DNA of 64,000 nucleotides from Trichoplax adhaerens (taxonomy: Eukaryota; Animalia; Placozoa), in the NCBI RefSeq assembly GCF_000150275.1, contig NW_002060943.1, forward strand, positions 6,998,299-7,062,298, read 5' to 3'. Position 1 is the stretch's first letter; every line of letters starts with the position of its first letter. The notes under the pieces were generated by a model that saw nothing but the letters and a program-made list of their open reading frames with translations, made no database searches and had not been told where the DNA came from. The position numbers and the translations under genes were made by a program. This document shows positions 40,501-52,272 of this stretch, in pieces.

Positions 40501-41725
40501 ATAATAATAGTATACAATGGAAAAATCGGGAACAAGAATAGTTCTTAGTTATCTTAAAGTTATAATAAATCAGCATCAAATTCTAATGGGTGATATATAC
40601 ATTTATATTGTAACGATGATCAAAATTTACTTCCTTTCCTTGCTCTTATATGCAACCTGAGACGCAGTCACTCGCAAAGAAGAGACATTTGCTAATGCAG
40701 ATTTGAGATCAGTTTCGATGAAGACTCGCTTCGTAGAAACTCATTTGGTAGGGCTAAGGCGTAACATTTGGGGATATTTAAGAACCATATTCTGCTGCCG
40801 AGCCATGTCAAATTTTCGGCAATTTAGCACTGCATATTATAGCGCAATAATTTTTACAATATCAGAAAGTCGAGGTTAGATATTGATGGCAGGAGTACCA
40901 GGCACAAACTAATATCTACACAAATACGGTACACTTTTGGCCGCAATTAATAGTCGAAGTGAAAGAGATTCTGAGCACTAATCTAATCTGTAAATTAGCG
41001 CATTCTTTCATGCATAAATCGAAGTATTTAGTCACCATGAGCAAGTAAAATCAGTGTTGTTAATTAAAACAAAAAAATTGTTGAATTGTATCACGTATAC
41101 AAGTATCCATTTTTTCTTTGCTAGGCAAAAAAATGTTCTATACAAAAGTGGCCTTTCAAAAATTTCATTCACAAGCATCGGTCTTGCTTTATGCCTCTGT
41201 AAATTCTTCCTATAATTTGGCTGTAAAAAAGCACTATGCAGTCGCCAAGATAGCTAGTATTATAAAAGCAAAGAAAAACTGAATAATATCGCTCTATTCT
41301 AACGAAAACATTGTTATTACATCAGAAGTAACGTATGATATAAAATTATGATCCAATGACAGTAGTCAAGAGTAACAACACTATTAAAATAAAATCAAAA
41401 TAGAATTTAAGATCTTATAGCATTAAATAGGATCGTCCGGATCTGCTTCAGCTTATCTCCACTTTCCAATCTGATGCAATTTGTTTATCAACTTCTGCAT
41501 CATCATCAACAAGTTGGATATTTAATGGGGAAATTAGGCTTAATTTACGGAAAAATTTCGTTTTAACCGGGTCGCCCTCTTATTATATGCAATGGGGATG
41601 GGACCTACTGCTAGTGCACAAGTAAGTTTGAAATGGTCAACAATCAACCAACATTTCTGTTAGTTTAGTTATATACTTAAATAATTTAAATTTGCATTCA
41701 GTAAATAAAATGAATAATGGTATAT

Positions 41726-44700
41726 TTATCGTCGATGAAAGTTAATAGGTAATAAATTAGGAGGGCCACCTGATGATGTTTCTTCAGATGAACTAGAACC
41801 TCCAGACATTCCTGCTAGGATATGCGATTTACGTTGTTTAACTGCACCTCTTTGGATCTGTCTAGCTCGAGATCCAAATCCTAAGCACTGCATTGATTCA
41901 GTTAAATGCCTCTTCATGGGTGATACACAAAGAAATACTAGCAACTTTGCATCGCCACCTAGCAAAGAAATAACAACCATGAATGCAAATCTTAATATGC
42001 ACTCGTATAAGTTATTATCGTAATTACAATACTATATTACAAAATTAATACATTTTTTACCTATGGAATCTTGCAACATCTGCGTTAGTTTACTATTTCG
42101 ATAGGGTACATGAGTGCGGTTTTCAGCTAGAGCACCTAATACATCGGCTAATGCAGATAAACTATGCAAAAAGTGATAGCGTATTAGCATTCAATTGACT
42201 CAATTCAAATAACCTAAAACAGTAAGACTACTTTTTTTTTATCACTAGTAGGTAGCAGACCTTCTGTTAATATGACGAGTTTCTCGTAATGCACTTCCTG
42301 TTACTCCCGACATGCCTAGATCAATTTGAAAACATTTTACAATTTTATAATTGTCTAGTAGTAAGGTTACCAAGTATCAATAGAGAATAGACAAAAGAAA
42401 TATGCTGCTTATAAAGCGAGAATTAAAATCTCATAGCCGCATATATCGCTATTCGCAATCAAAAGATAGCTCTAAGATAGATCAGTCATCATTTCATACC
42501 TACGCATTCACTTCCAGCCAAATCAACCAATTGCAGTTTGGTTTTAACTACAGTCTTTAAAGACCCAAAAGAAGGAGTTGATGCTAATCGCAATGGCGAA
42601 TAATGAACTGATTGACTACGCCGACTAGTAGTTTGTAGGTGAATTCCAGGGGAAAGAGGAATTTGAGATGTCCTTGATTCAGCACTCTTTTTTCTCGTCT
42701 TGATTTGCTGCAAAGATTGTGAATCATTTATTGTTGTTGTAATAGTCACCGTTACAATTAAATGAGAGCGACTTGAATGCGAATGAACTAGTGTAGCATC
42801 TTCATGACGATGCCTCATTCCATACATGACAGCTGCCATAACGTCGCTAACGTTGCTAACTGGCCTAAGATGTAGTAATAAAATTAGCTTACTTTAACTG
42901 CACATTACTGCACATGACCAACAAGCTTACTAATAAAGGTCTAGATATTTGACTGGAAGTCAAATTAAGATTATTAATTATCAATTTTAGTTAATTAAAC
43001 AAACATTTGCTAAGAATGATAATTTAAAAAAGTCGGTTGAAAATCACATTACAATTATGTTGACTACGTGCTATTTGTATTGATATGGGACAACTGTTGG
43101 TTATATAATTCCAAGAATGTATGATGATGTTACTTTAGCCACATGAATTTGCTACTATTTCAAAACAAACAATCGTATCAACTGCTATAAGTAGACTAAC
43201 TTCGTTATTAAGCTTGGAACATCATGTGAACCATCAGCGCTGGTAACAATTTCTAAATAGCGAGTATCTGAGCTATCCTATAAATTGACAAATGGATAAT
43301 ACCAATTTAATATGTTCTTGTATATTTTATACAAATTTTTCTTATAATAGTGCGTAATCTTCCCGTGAATACTAGCCAAACTCTGGTTTCGTTTTTATTA
43401 CAACTATGCATTACCTTCCGACCAATATTAAGAAGATCACGAACACTATTATTGTAAACTTCGGCAACTGAAATCTCCAAAGAATGAAAATTATGAGGAT
43501 GTTTTTGATTTTCTTCTCCAATCAGCCTAAAAAAATAATGAGCCCATTAAATGGTTACGTAAGTATTGGTGTTATGTTCAAATAATTAGTTAAAAATATC
43601 AATAAACGCCACTATAGATACCGGAAAAGCTCTCGAGCAGCTCGTGGGATTACACCTTCTTGTGCATGTGGAAGCTCAATATCAATCCAATCATTATTAT
43701 CAAATGAAGCATGCCCTCCTAGCATGGTATGGGTTTTACCAGAACCAGTTTGTCCATACGCCATAATGCAGACATTATAGCTAATTTCAAACATAGAATA
43801 ATCTGGTTGTTTATATCACAGGCATCGACATATGCAAAAATTGGACAGATTGATGAAAGCACTAATCGATCTATCTTAAGAAAACTATAAAGAAGAAATT
43901 GATGTAAAATTCAAGGAAATTAACCCATCTAGAAGTGATGTTAGAAGTGGAGCTACGTCATTAAATACAGCCTCTTGGGGATCTGATTGCGCAAAAACCC
44001 TACAAAATTCAGTATGGATGAGAGTTCAGATTAGCTTCAATCTTATAGTAAATTTTTAAAAAAACTTGATTTAGATTACCTTTCGTATTCGTATGTTTTG
44101 TCAGCATTAAATCGTGGATTTTTCACCATAATAGTTTCCTGTAATCGGATATAAGAGTATTATCAATTAAGTCCAATTTGGAGTTATAATAGTTTATCAT
44201 CATTCTAATTTTACGTAAAATTACTAAAAATTGTGATACCTCATCTATCCAATCAATAACTTGCTCTTTTGGACCACTTCTGCAATCAAAGCAGTTAATA
44301 AAATTAGGATGGAAGGTATTCCATAAAATTGTAACAAGAATAAAGATAGTACGGACTTACCTTACTTTACTAGGATCATCAGTATACTCATCATCAATTG
44401 GAAGAACAGGCCTGATTCGACAATGAACACGTATATTGCCCCGAAGTTCCTAATATTTTTTACATATATTTAATATATTCTATGACATATTGCAATGATA
44501 AAATTAAAATGTAAATTACTGTACAGTAGGTTATTATATCATTCCGTTTATGGCAATACGATTAGGCATTAACTACTTAACATATCTATCGTATTACCAC
44601 CAAAGTGTTGTGTAGCATTTTTCTTTTCTCTTTTTCTTTTTCATACAATTCTTTATACTGCTTTGCTAATATATCCAAGTTATCTACTTTGCTAACAATA

Positions 44701-45903
44701 TCTTTCAAAAGTATATAAAATAGTAGCTATTAATATAAAATCTCAACATATTATGTATAATATGATCTTAACGATTTGATACATCAACAGTTGTATTTTA
44801 GTTAACTGCATTAATGCAAATAGTCTATCTTTTTCTTGCACAAAACAGATGAATGTGATCATACTAGAATAATTGCTTTAAGAGTGTTAACAATCTACCT
44901 TTTAATGCCAAATATTTTTCACGACTTTTAGTAATTAATTTTTGTCCATAAGCTTTAGAAGCAGATAGAATTTGTGTAATATTATCATCCATTTGTACGG
45001 GTATGTTGGCAACATCTTGTTTTAAAGTAGAATAAGATTGTCTCATATCCTATCGAAAATAGACCAATTTTTACGATTTGAAATTGAAATAAGCCAAATT
45101 ACAACATAAAATGGAGGCATTAAACTAAAAATAGCTTTGTCAGAAAAAAGTTCTATTAGGACTACAATACCTTCAGCTCATCGTAAAATTGTTTCAGTGA
45201 TTGAATTGTTTGATTAACATTTTTCTCCTTGCTTTCAGTTATTCGCCGTTGATGAGCAATTTGGGAATTTAATTCTCTAATTTGACTCTGGCACTATACG
45301 CATATTAGTGAAAGTGAAAAAGTAATTTCATACAATTATCCTATACTACAATTATGGCTTGTGACACTGCATCTTTTGTAAAGAAATTAATTGATCGAAA
45401 GAGAAAACCATCAAGGCTTAACTGACAATATAGTAGAGCTTTATTAAGCAGATACGCTAGTAAAATTAATGCAAAGTTATACAAATCTAACCTTTGCTAA
45501 TTTCAAATAGAGCATAGCATTTTCTGTTTCCAAAGCTAGAATTTTCTCTTGTTTTGCCTTTAATTAATAATTTTAATTTTAAGGAAGACAATGAAGCTTA
45601 TGTATTTCGTTGATATCGATTTTAGTAACATACTATCGATGATTTGAAACTGTAAAATTGCATAAATATTGTCTATCTATATGCATATTGGCTCCTATCA
45701 TTATTATTGAGCATCCTAACTAGTTTAATCTAGCATATCAACAACAAACTATTAGTATTCTAAATTGTACACTGTATAAGACTGATCAATGGTATAATAC
45801 TTACCCTTGCCAAATTCTTACTCTTAGCAAAATGCGTTGTTTTATCGATAAAGACATCATCGCATGGAGAATTGACAGCGCTTAAATCTAATGGCATCAT
45901 CAT
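41726..45903 (-). CDS. KIF25: Kinesin-14 family C-terminal motor, KIF25 orthologue
   Basis: Exons give [30 protein letters not shown]|[15 protein letters not shown]-loop [23 protein letters not shown]25-type switch [73 protein letters not shown] and [13 protein letters not shown]. The start (ATG run 45903-45895) is approximate. Confidence 0.9.
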
Positions 45904-46449
45904 ATTGAAAATACTGTATAGGGATTAATAGGTTTCGTGTTCTAGCGGTATGACAATAACAAACGTAAACTGAATTGGTAAATTGGCTAATAAAATGTAG
46001 GCTGAATCTTAGCTTATTGGTGAATTAACTACAAATGCATCTACCGGAAAATAAATTATTTGATATTCGTATATCACTGGATGGCATTTAGCCATCAATT
46101 AGAAATGAGAATGTACATGAAAGGATGACTAGAATACTGTAATTTATTGGCTAAGAAATTGTTTATTTTACAGGCAGCTTAAATGACGTGTGATCACTGC
46201 TAATTTAGAACGATGCGCCAGTTGATTACCGTTTTAATCATAGGTACTTGTACAGTACACTGATCAGTACATGACTAATCTGATTTTATTCCGTTTATAC
46301 CTGTATACGATACAGTGGAGTGTATAGAGGCTAGCTGCAAAATAGAGAGATTCTATTATGCTTAACTCAAAAGCTTGTCCATGTAGTCTTTGATTTCTAT
46401 CACTTCCTACTAGAAGTAAATAAGATGCTAACTTTCTCAAGGCAAGCAT

Positions 46450-46860
46450 GGATATTGTTTCTACAGCAACGGAGCATGCGCAGTGATCCTTCCTAGTCTT
46501 GTTTGAAGATGTGTGACACGTCTACAGTCTACAGTACTTGTCTCGTGTTGTACTGTACTATACTTGTAGTTCCCCCAAAATTACTGAAATTGTACACAGC
46601 ACACCATACTGTGGCAGTAGGTTTAAAGCCTCGTGTTGCCAATGTCTCTTTGAGACAGGCATCTTGGCACAGTACTGTACGGTACAGTACTATAGACTGT
46701 AGACTCAGTGTCGAGGTCTTTATGGTCTGGTCCGGACTAGTCCGAACCAGACCAGACTTCAGAATCGAAATTTCGAAATTTTCGCATACTGTACTGTACA
46801 GTACTGTACAATGTACTGTACTGTACAGTATACGCTCACTAGTACTGTAGCGCCCTGCCG
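46450..46860. promoter_or_regulatory. Putative bidirectional promoter for KIF25 and TAF8
   Basis: Lies between divergent ATGs at 45903 (-) and 47122 (+). Contains GCATGCGCA (~46474, partial NRF1-like), TACTG/CAGTA arrays (46520-46560, 46670-46700, 46786-46850) and a 32-bp near-perfect palindrome (46723-46754). Confidence 0.55.
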
Positions 46861-47121
46861 GTTTTTGTCAGGAATTGAAATCTAAATACTCGTCTGCTGA
46901 CCTAATTTTGGAGCCCATTTGCTGGTCTGAGGAGCCATATCTTCACAACTGGCGAAATTGCAGTCGTTAGAATTGAAAGAATTCAACTGAAAGTCTTCAG
47001 GTTGCTATCCTTGTGTAGCATCAAGGATTAGCAACACTTTAGGGATCGATTGAATTCATTTTGGTATCGTTGTCACCCCTTTATTATTTATTCATCGATT
47101 GCTACTCCAAAGATTGCTATT

Positions 47122-49214
47122 ATGGCGGACGACGGTTATCGGCATTGCCTGCAACAAGCAATTGCAGTCATTACCTCTGAAGCTGGTTATACGTCTATAT
47201 CCAGCTTGGCACTTGAAACTATAACAGAGATGATACAAAGTGGTATGCTATAACACTAGCTGATCAATCTTGGTAGAATGCTTCGATACTTCGTTACAAG
47301 TGATCGACTGTAGCCCATGCATACATTACTCGCTCGTTTGCTCAGCATGATAAAGTTCACATTATGAATGTAACATCGTAACATAGTTTTAGCACTTTTC
47401 CATGCAATCGAATATCTTTTATACAATATGGCCTAGTCGAAAATGACGAACCAGTAACCCTACCAACGTTTGCTTGATGAATTTAGAATTATCTACAATA
47501 GGAGAAAAAGAATCCATTTTATAGCTATCGTATCATACAGCTTTGATCAGAAATCAGTACATATTTCATCATTTGCAGTAGTACACGAAGGTACCAGTTG
47601 ATCCGGCCTGTAAACGTTAATAATATAATGCTAATAAACTGGTCTGTAATAGAATCCTATTAATTATTCCTATGCGTAATATTCGGTATCATTCTTATAA
47701 TAAATAACGTTCAATGTTAGGGCATTTACGAAAACGTTCAATAATGAATACTTTAAATTTCTATCTGTAGTTCTCTGCGAAATTGGACGTTGCTCTCAAT
47801 CATTTTGCGAAATATCATCTCGCACCAAGCCAACTTTGTGTGACGTTGAACAAACTTTAATCAACACCGGTATGGTATGAAATGCCCTGAGTTTCTTTTC
47901 CTTGAATATCCATGTCATTGTATGGCAATATTTTACTACTGTACTCGTATAACAGGCATTGTTGTACTTACATATTCATAGTAGCTGTTTATCGCTAACA
48001 AGAAAGTGAAATTGCAATTACTGTAAAGTTGTGTTGTCTTCTTAACTCTAAGCTCTATCTGCATAATATCTGCCTGATTACTTATATTTTACAAACAACC
48101 GGAAATAGTAGTTAATATTTGCCATACAGTTCCATTAACCCTACCTTGTCGTATTATAAAAATTGCATATCCGATAGGTGGATACTAACCCAAGTAACTA
48201 TGTATTAAATTGTACCTGTAGTTGGATTCACTATTCAAGATGTGGCGAATTATTATCTACATGCACCAACGAGGAAAATCACTTCACGTAAGTTGGACAT
48301 AACAGTCTACTTACTGCATATCCCTGTGATAATTACTGACTGTAAGCAACCTCATCTTATAAATGCTACATAGCTGAAAAATTAAATGAAAAATCTCAAC
48401 CAAAGCTTATGACTGTGGGTACACCGCTGCCACTACCGAGCTACATCCCAGACCACTTACCGCCTCTGCCTAGTCCACATACTTACATTCGAACTCCGGT
48501 AGAAACGAAGTTGCATGACTGTTTTATGTCATACTTTTCACGAGTTATTACTAATAAATCATGAAATGTATTGACCAAAATCAATTTTAAACGATGCAGA
48601 CATACAAGTTTCCCAGTACTGAATATGCCACAGTGAGGAAAAAGCGCTCTGAAAGTGTAAGATGCAGCCGAAATAGCCTTATCAAGTAAGTCTTTCGTGA
48701 TTATATATGTGTGTACATTTATCTCTTGTAATTATTAGTAGTAGAAATACTTTTAATCATAAACAATAGCGTAGTTGCTTCGCTGACCTACCATTATATT
48801 TTCGTTGAATAAACGTAATAATTGATTGATAGATTTATCGTTAAAACATCCGGCACGTTATCGCTTGTTCATGAAGATTTAAATGAAAGTTTGTGTAAGT
48901 ACTGCATTCTCACTTGATAGAGAACTATGTTAAGAATAAAGATTAGTCGTAGGTCATAAAATGTAATATTAAATTGCCGGTACCATTTTACTGTAGTAAT
49001 TAAATCGAACCCTCCGGCTCTGTCGTATATGGACGCTTTGCTTTCATTTGAGGAAGATAAAATGGATCAATCTGACAATACACCGGAGCAAGACTCAGAT
49101 GATGACGACGATGATGATGATGATGATGATGATGACGACAGCGATGCCGAATCTGCGAAACCTTATAGAAATCCATTCCTCGAACCTCCTCAAAAACGAC
49201 CGGATAGTCCTTAA
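47122..49214 (+). CDS. TAF8: TFIID subunit 8
   Basis: Histone-fold (bromo-TP) region MADDGYRHCLQQAIAVITSEAGY...ALETITEMIQS|VLCEIGRCSQSFCEISSRTKPTLCDV; proline-rich PSYIPDHLPPLPSPHTYIRTP|TY; C-terminal YMDALL...poly-Asp...RNPFLEPP; stop ends at 49214. Confidence 0.93.
49100..49140 (+). repeat. (GAY)n trinucleotide repeat encoding poly-Asp in TAF8
   Basis: gatgatgacgacgatgatgatgatgatgatgatgacgac. Confidence 0.9.
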
Positions 49215-52200
49215 TATTTTGCGACAAGCTTTTTGTAATATAATTTAATATTCTGTTTTAACGGAAAAACGGTGCTAAATTATTATCCATGTTAGCGGTA
49301 GTAGGCGAAACGGTGGACCGCTGTATATGCGTTTTACTTTCTTGTATGATAAGGTGATATATGCGCCATATTTGTTGAATGTACACTGAAATGGCAGTAT
49401 AGAATTGAATTAGCTTATCATCACCGGGTGAGAGTTTCGATATAACCATTGTTTTTACGGTAATCTTATTTCTGAAAATCGAACCATTATATTTCTGTGA
49501 ATCCTTGGATAGATTAATGTAATATACAGTACATAGATGGCTCACAACATTAATGATCGTCTTAGCTAGTTTCCAATATGCTGCATAAAACCATCTGAAT
49601 TCACATTTTATTTCATATAAAACAACATACTAGATAAACCAAAAAACTCATCAATAAGAAATGCACGGTAACACCCGTATAAAAATTATACCATGGGTCA
49701 CGATTGTGTGTTGAAGAATGTTATTATCTAAGTTCAAACTTTATATGCTGATTCTACTCAACATTGGTGACTGTGAATATTGTACAAAATAAAAGGTGCT
49801 ATACTGTACAGATAGATTTATATACTGCATGATTTAGGTTGATGTACCCAAGGCAATACTTTAATCCTATGTAAGGAAGCAGGGAAGGCCAGCTTAACAG
49901 AATTTGTTTATTTATACAAAAGTAGAAAAAACAGTCCAGACAAATAATGTAAAGGAATGGATACAGTATGCGCACATGAAGATGCATATAATGATTCCAG
50001 TGTCTGCTGGATCCTAGGTTGATGTATTCCTTCAAACAGTATGTACGAATGGTATGATTGTAATTAAAAAAATATAATTGTGTAGTACAAGACATTCTCG
50101 TTTTCGGAGAAAGGTCAGTACATTTTCAGCTAATACACTGAAAAGTTAGTTGCTTTGCGTGTATCTTGCCGGGACAGCAGGCAAAATGCTGGAAGCAACC
50201 TTTTATTTTCGGTGATTCCTCAAGTTGTAATGATGCACTGTTCTGATTATAGGTATGAAATAGGTAGGCTCCTTAGCAGTACAGTGTGTTTTAAATTTAT
50301 GACTACAATTACTTTAAATAATCAAGATTGATATATGTGTACTTTATATGTACTTTAAATGTATCCATGTATCCACGAGCTATATTCTACCCTGTTATGT
50401 GAGAATACTCTTTTGATATGCTTGCAAAATTGATCATTAATCTGAGCGGCAATTTTTGAATCTGTAGCATGCTTTTACGAATTTTAGACGATTGCATGAA
50501 TCTTGACATAAGATACATTCCTAATGATAATCGTAATCTAATCTAAAATATCTTAATTAATTCGTTCCTAATACTGTTATAAGATTTGAATTTATAAACC
50601 ACTTTGTACGAAATTTACACCTTCGTATATGCTTTTCAAATATAAGTACTATATACTCTCCAATGCAGTACAATTAATCTTTTACTCTGCATTATCAACC
50701 ATACTCCTTACTGCAACTACTTAGGTAATGGAGATGAATTAGGTAACTCTCCTAGATTTTTGAACCCTCCAATTTCATTTTCTAATTTGATTGGTGCAGT
50801 CGTGTTAACAAATTAATTCCAGTACTATTATATGACACATATTTGAGTTAAAGATTAAACCCTCATCATATCTAGATCAACTAAAATTTAGGCTCACAAA
50901 ATTTGTCTGAAAAATTTTCTACACTGAATATCTTTAGAAAATGTTTAATAAAGAACACAAGCACACCATAGTCAATTTAGTAATAAGCCTACTGGAATAT
51001 TGTGCACTATGATTGAATGAATGATCGCAAAACGAAAGAAGTTTCATTGGCATCTTTTCTAGTTTATGGAATACTCCGCCAAAAATCTAACAAAATTTAT
51101 CTTAAAAACTTCAAAGGTTGCCGTTAATTAATAGATCAAGTAATCGCCAGATAACCAGACATGTATAAATTTTTACTATTTCAAGTAATAAACGCAATTG
51201 TAGCTATTGATAATAAAAATATACGAGCCTAAAAGAGTGATATTAATGAAGACTACCAAATCATCAATCATACTATTGATTTATAATGAAAGCGGGTGTA
51301 ATTCTATTTACTACGATATATTGTAGGGGTTTTGAGGACAGCATGCAATAAGTACCGCTGGTACATATTTTTGCTCTTAAATTCTTTACATTTTGGCCAC
51401 AAAAAAATTTACCCAAGACAATATCTTGAACGCTTCTATTACCTTTATATTTATACCTAACTCGCTACACCCTTCGATTCGATGAGCCATTAATTTTAGA
51501 GTATTCTGCTTAGAATCACACTTTCAATATTTACTGGCTTGGTTTAAAAATTCATGAAATCATTGCTAATTGTCTTCATGTTTAACACACTCTCTCGCCA
51601 TAATCTCAAAATAGTAGCAGCTATTTACGTGCGGAGTCTAAAGCGATTGCAAAATACGTAGACACGGTTGCTTATAGAGTACTATATCTATACGTGCTCT
51701 AAATTAAGCAATAATGACTCCAAAAGGCGATCTACATATATAGTATTTTAAATACAACTTTATCCTTGATAGTTCGTAACTGAGACATTAATTCTATATT
51801 TGTCTAATACTCAGGGCTATAGTGAGTAAGTGAACTATCTCATATAGCTACTAGGCTATCATGACAACTTCGAATTCTTTTAAGTACAAGTATATATGCG
51901 TATATTAATACGTCAAATTAAGATTAAAATTAGCCAATAACGCTGTAAACCCTCCATTTATAAGTTGAGAATCTCATGAACTTAATTATAAATACATCAC
52001 ACTAGAGCAATAAAGTTCATTAAATTTAAAGCAAGGTTAATTCTTAGTGTTAACGAATCAACACCTAATCTACACTAGATTTATCAATATAGACCAGTTG
52101 ACAGCGCTTATTAACTTCATTTTGCATCAAGTTAGATAATCATTTGTGGAGTTGGAACAAATTGAGAAAAAGACTGCTATTTAAGCCATACAGTAGAACT

Positions 52201-52272
52201 TTACCTTATTTCTGTCTGAACCTCAGTACTTGAGATATCAGGATTTCTATTAATATTTCCAGTTGAACAGAA

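Noticed and set aside
40650-41610. Short open frames downstream of KIF25 (40660-40880 + strand; ~41580-41448 - strand)
   Set aside because: No recognisable domain and no convincing splice link to KIF25 or another gene.
49000-49248. Poly-His (- strand) and poly-Met (+ strand) ORFs
   Set aside because: They are alternative readings of the (GAY)n repeat that encodes the TAF8 poly-Asp tract.
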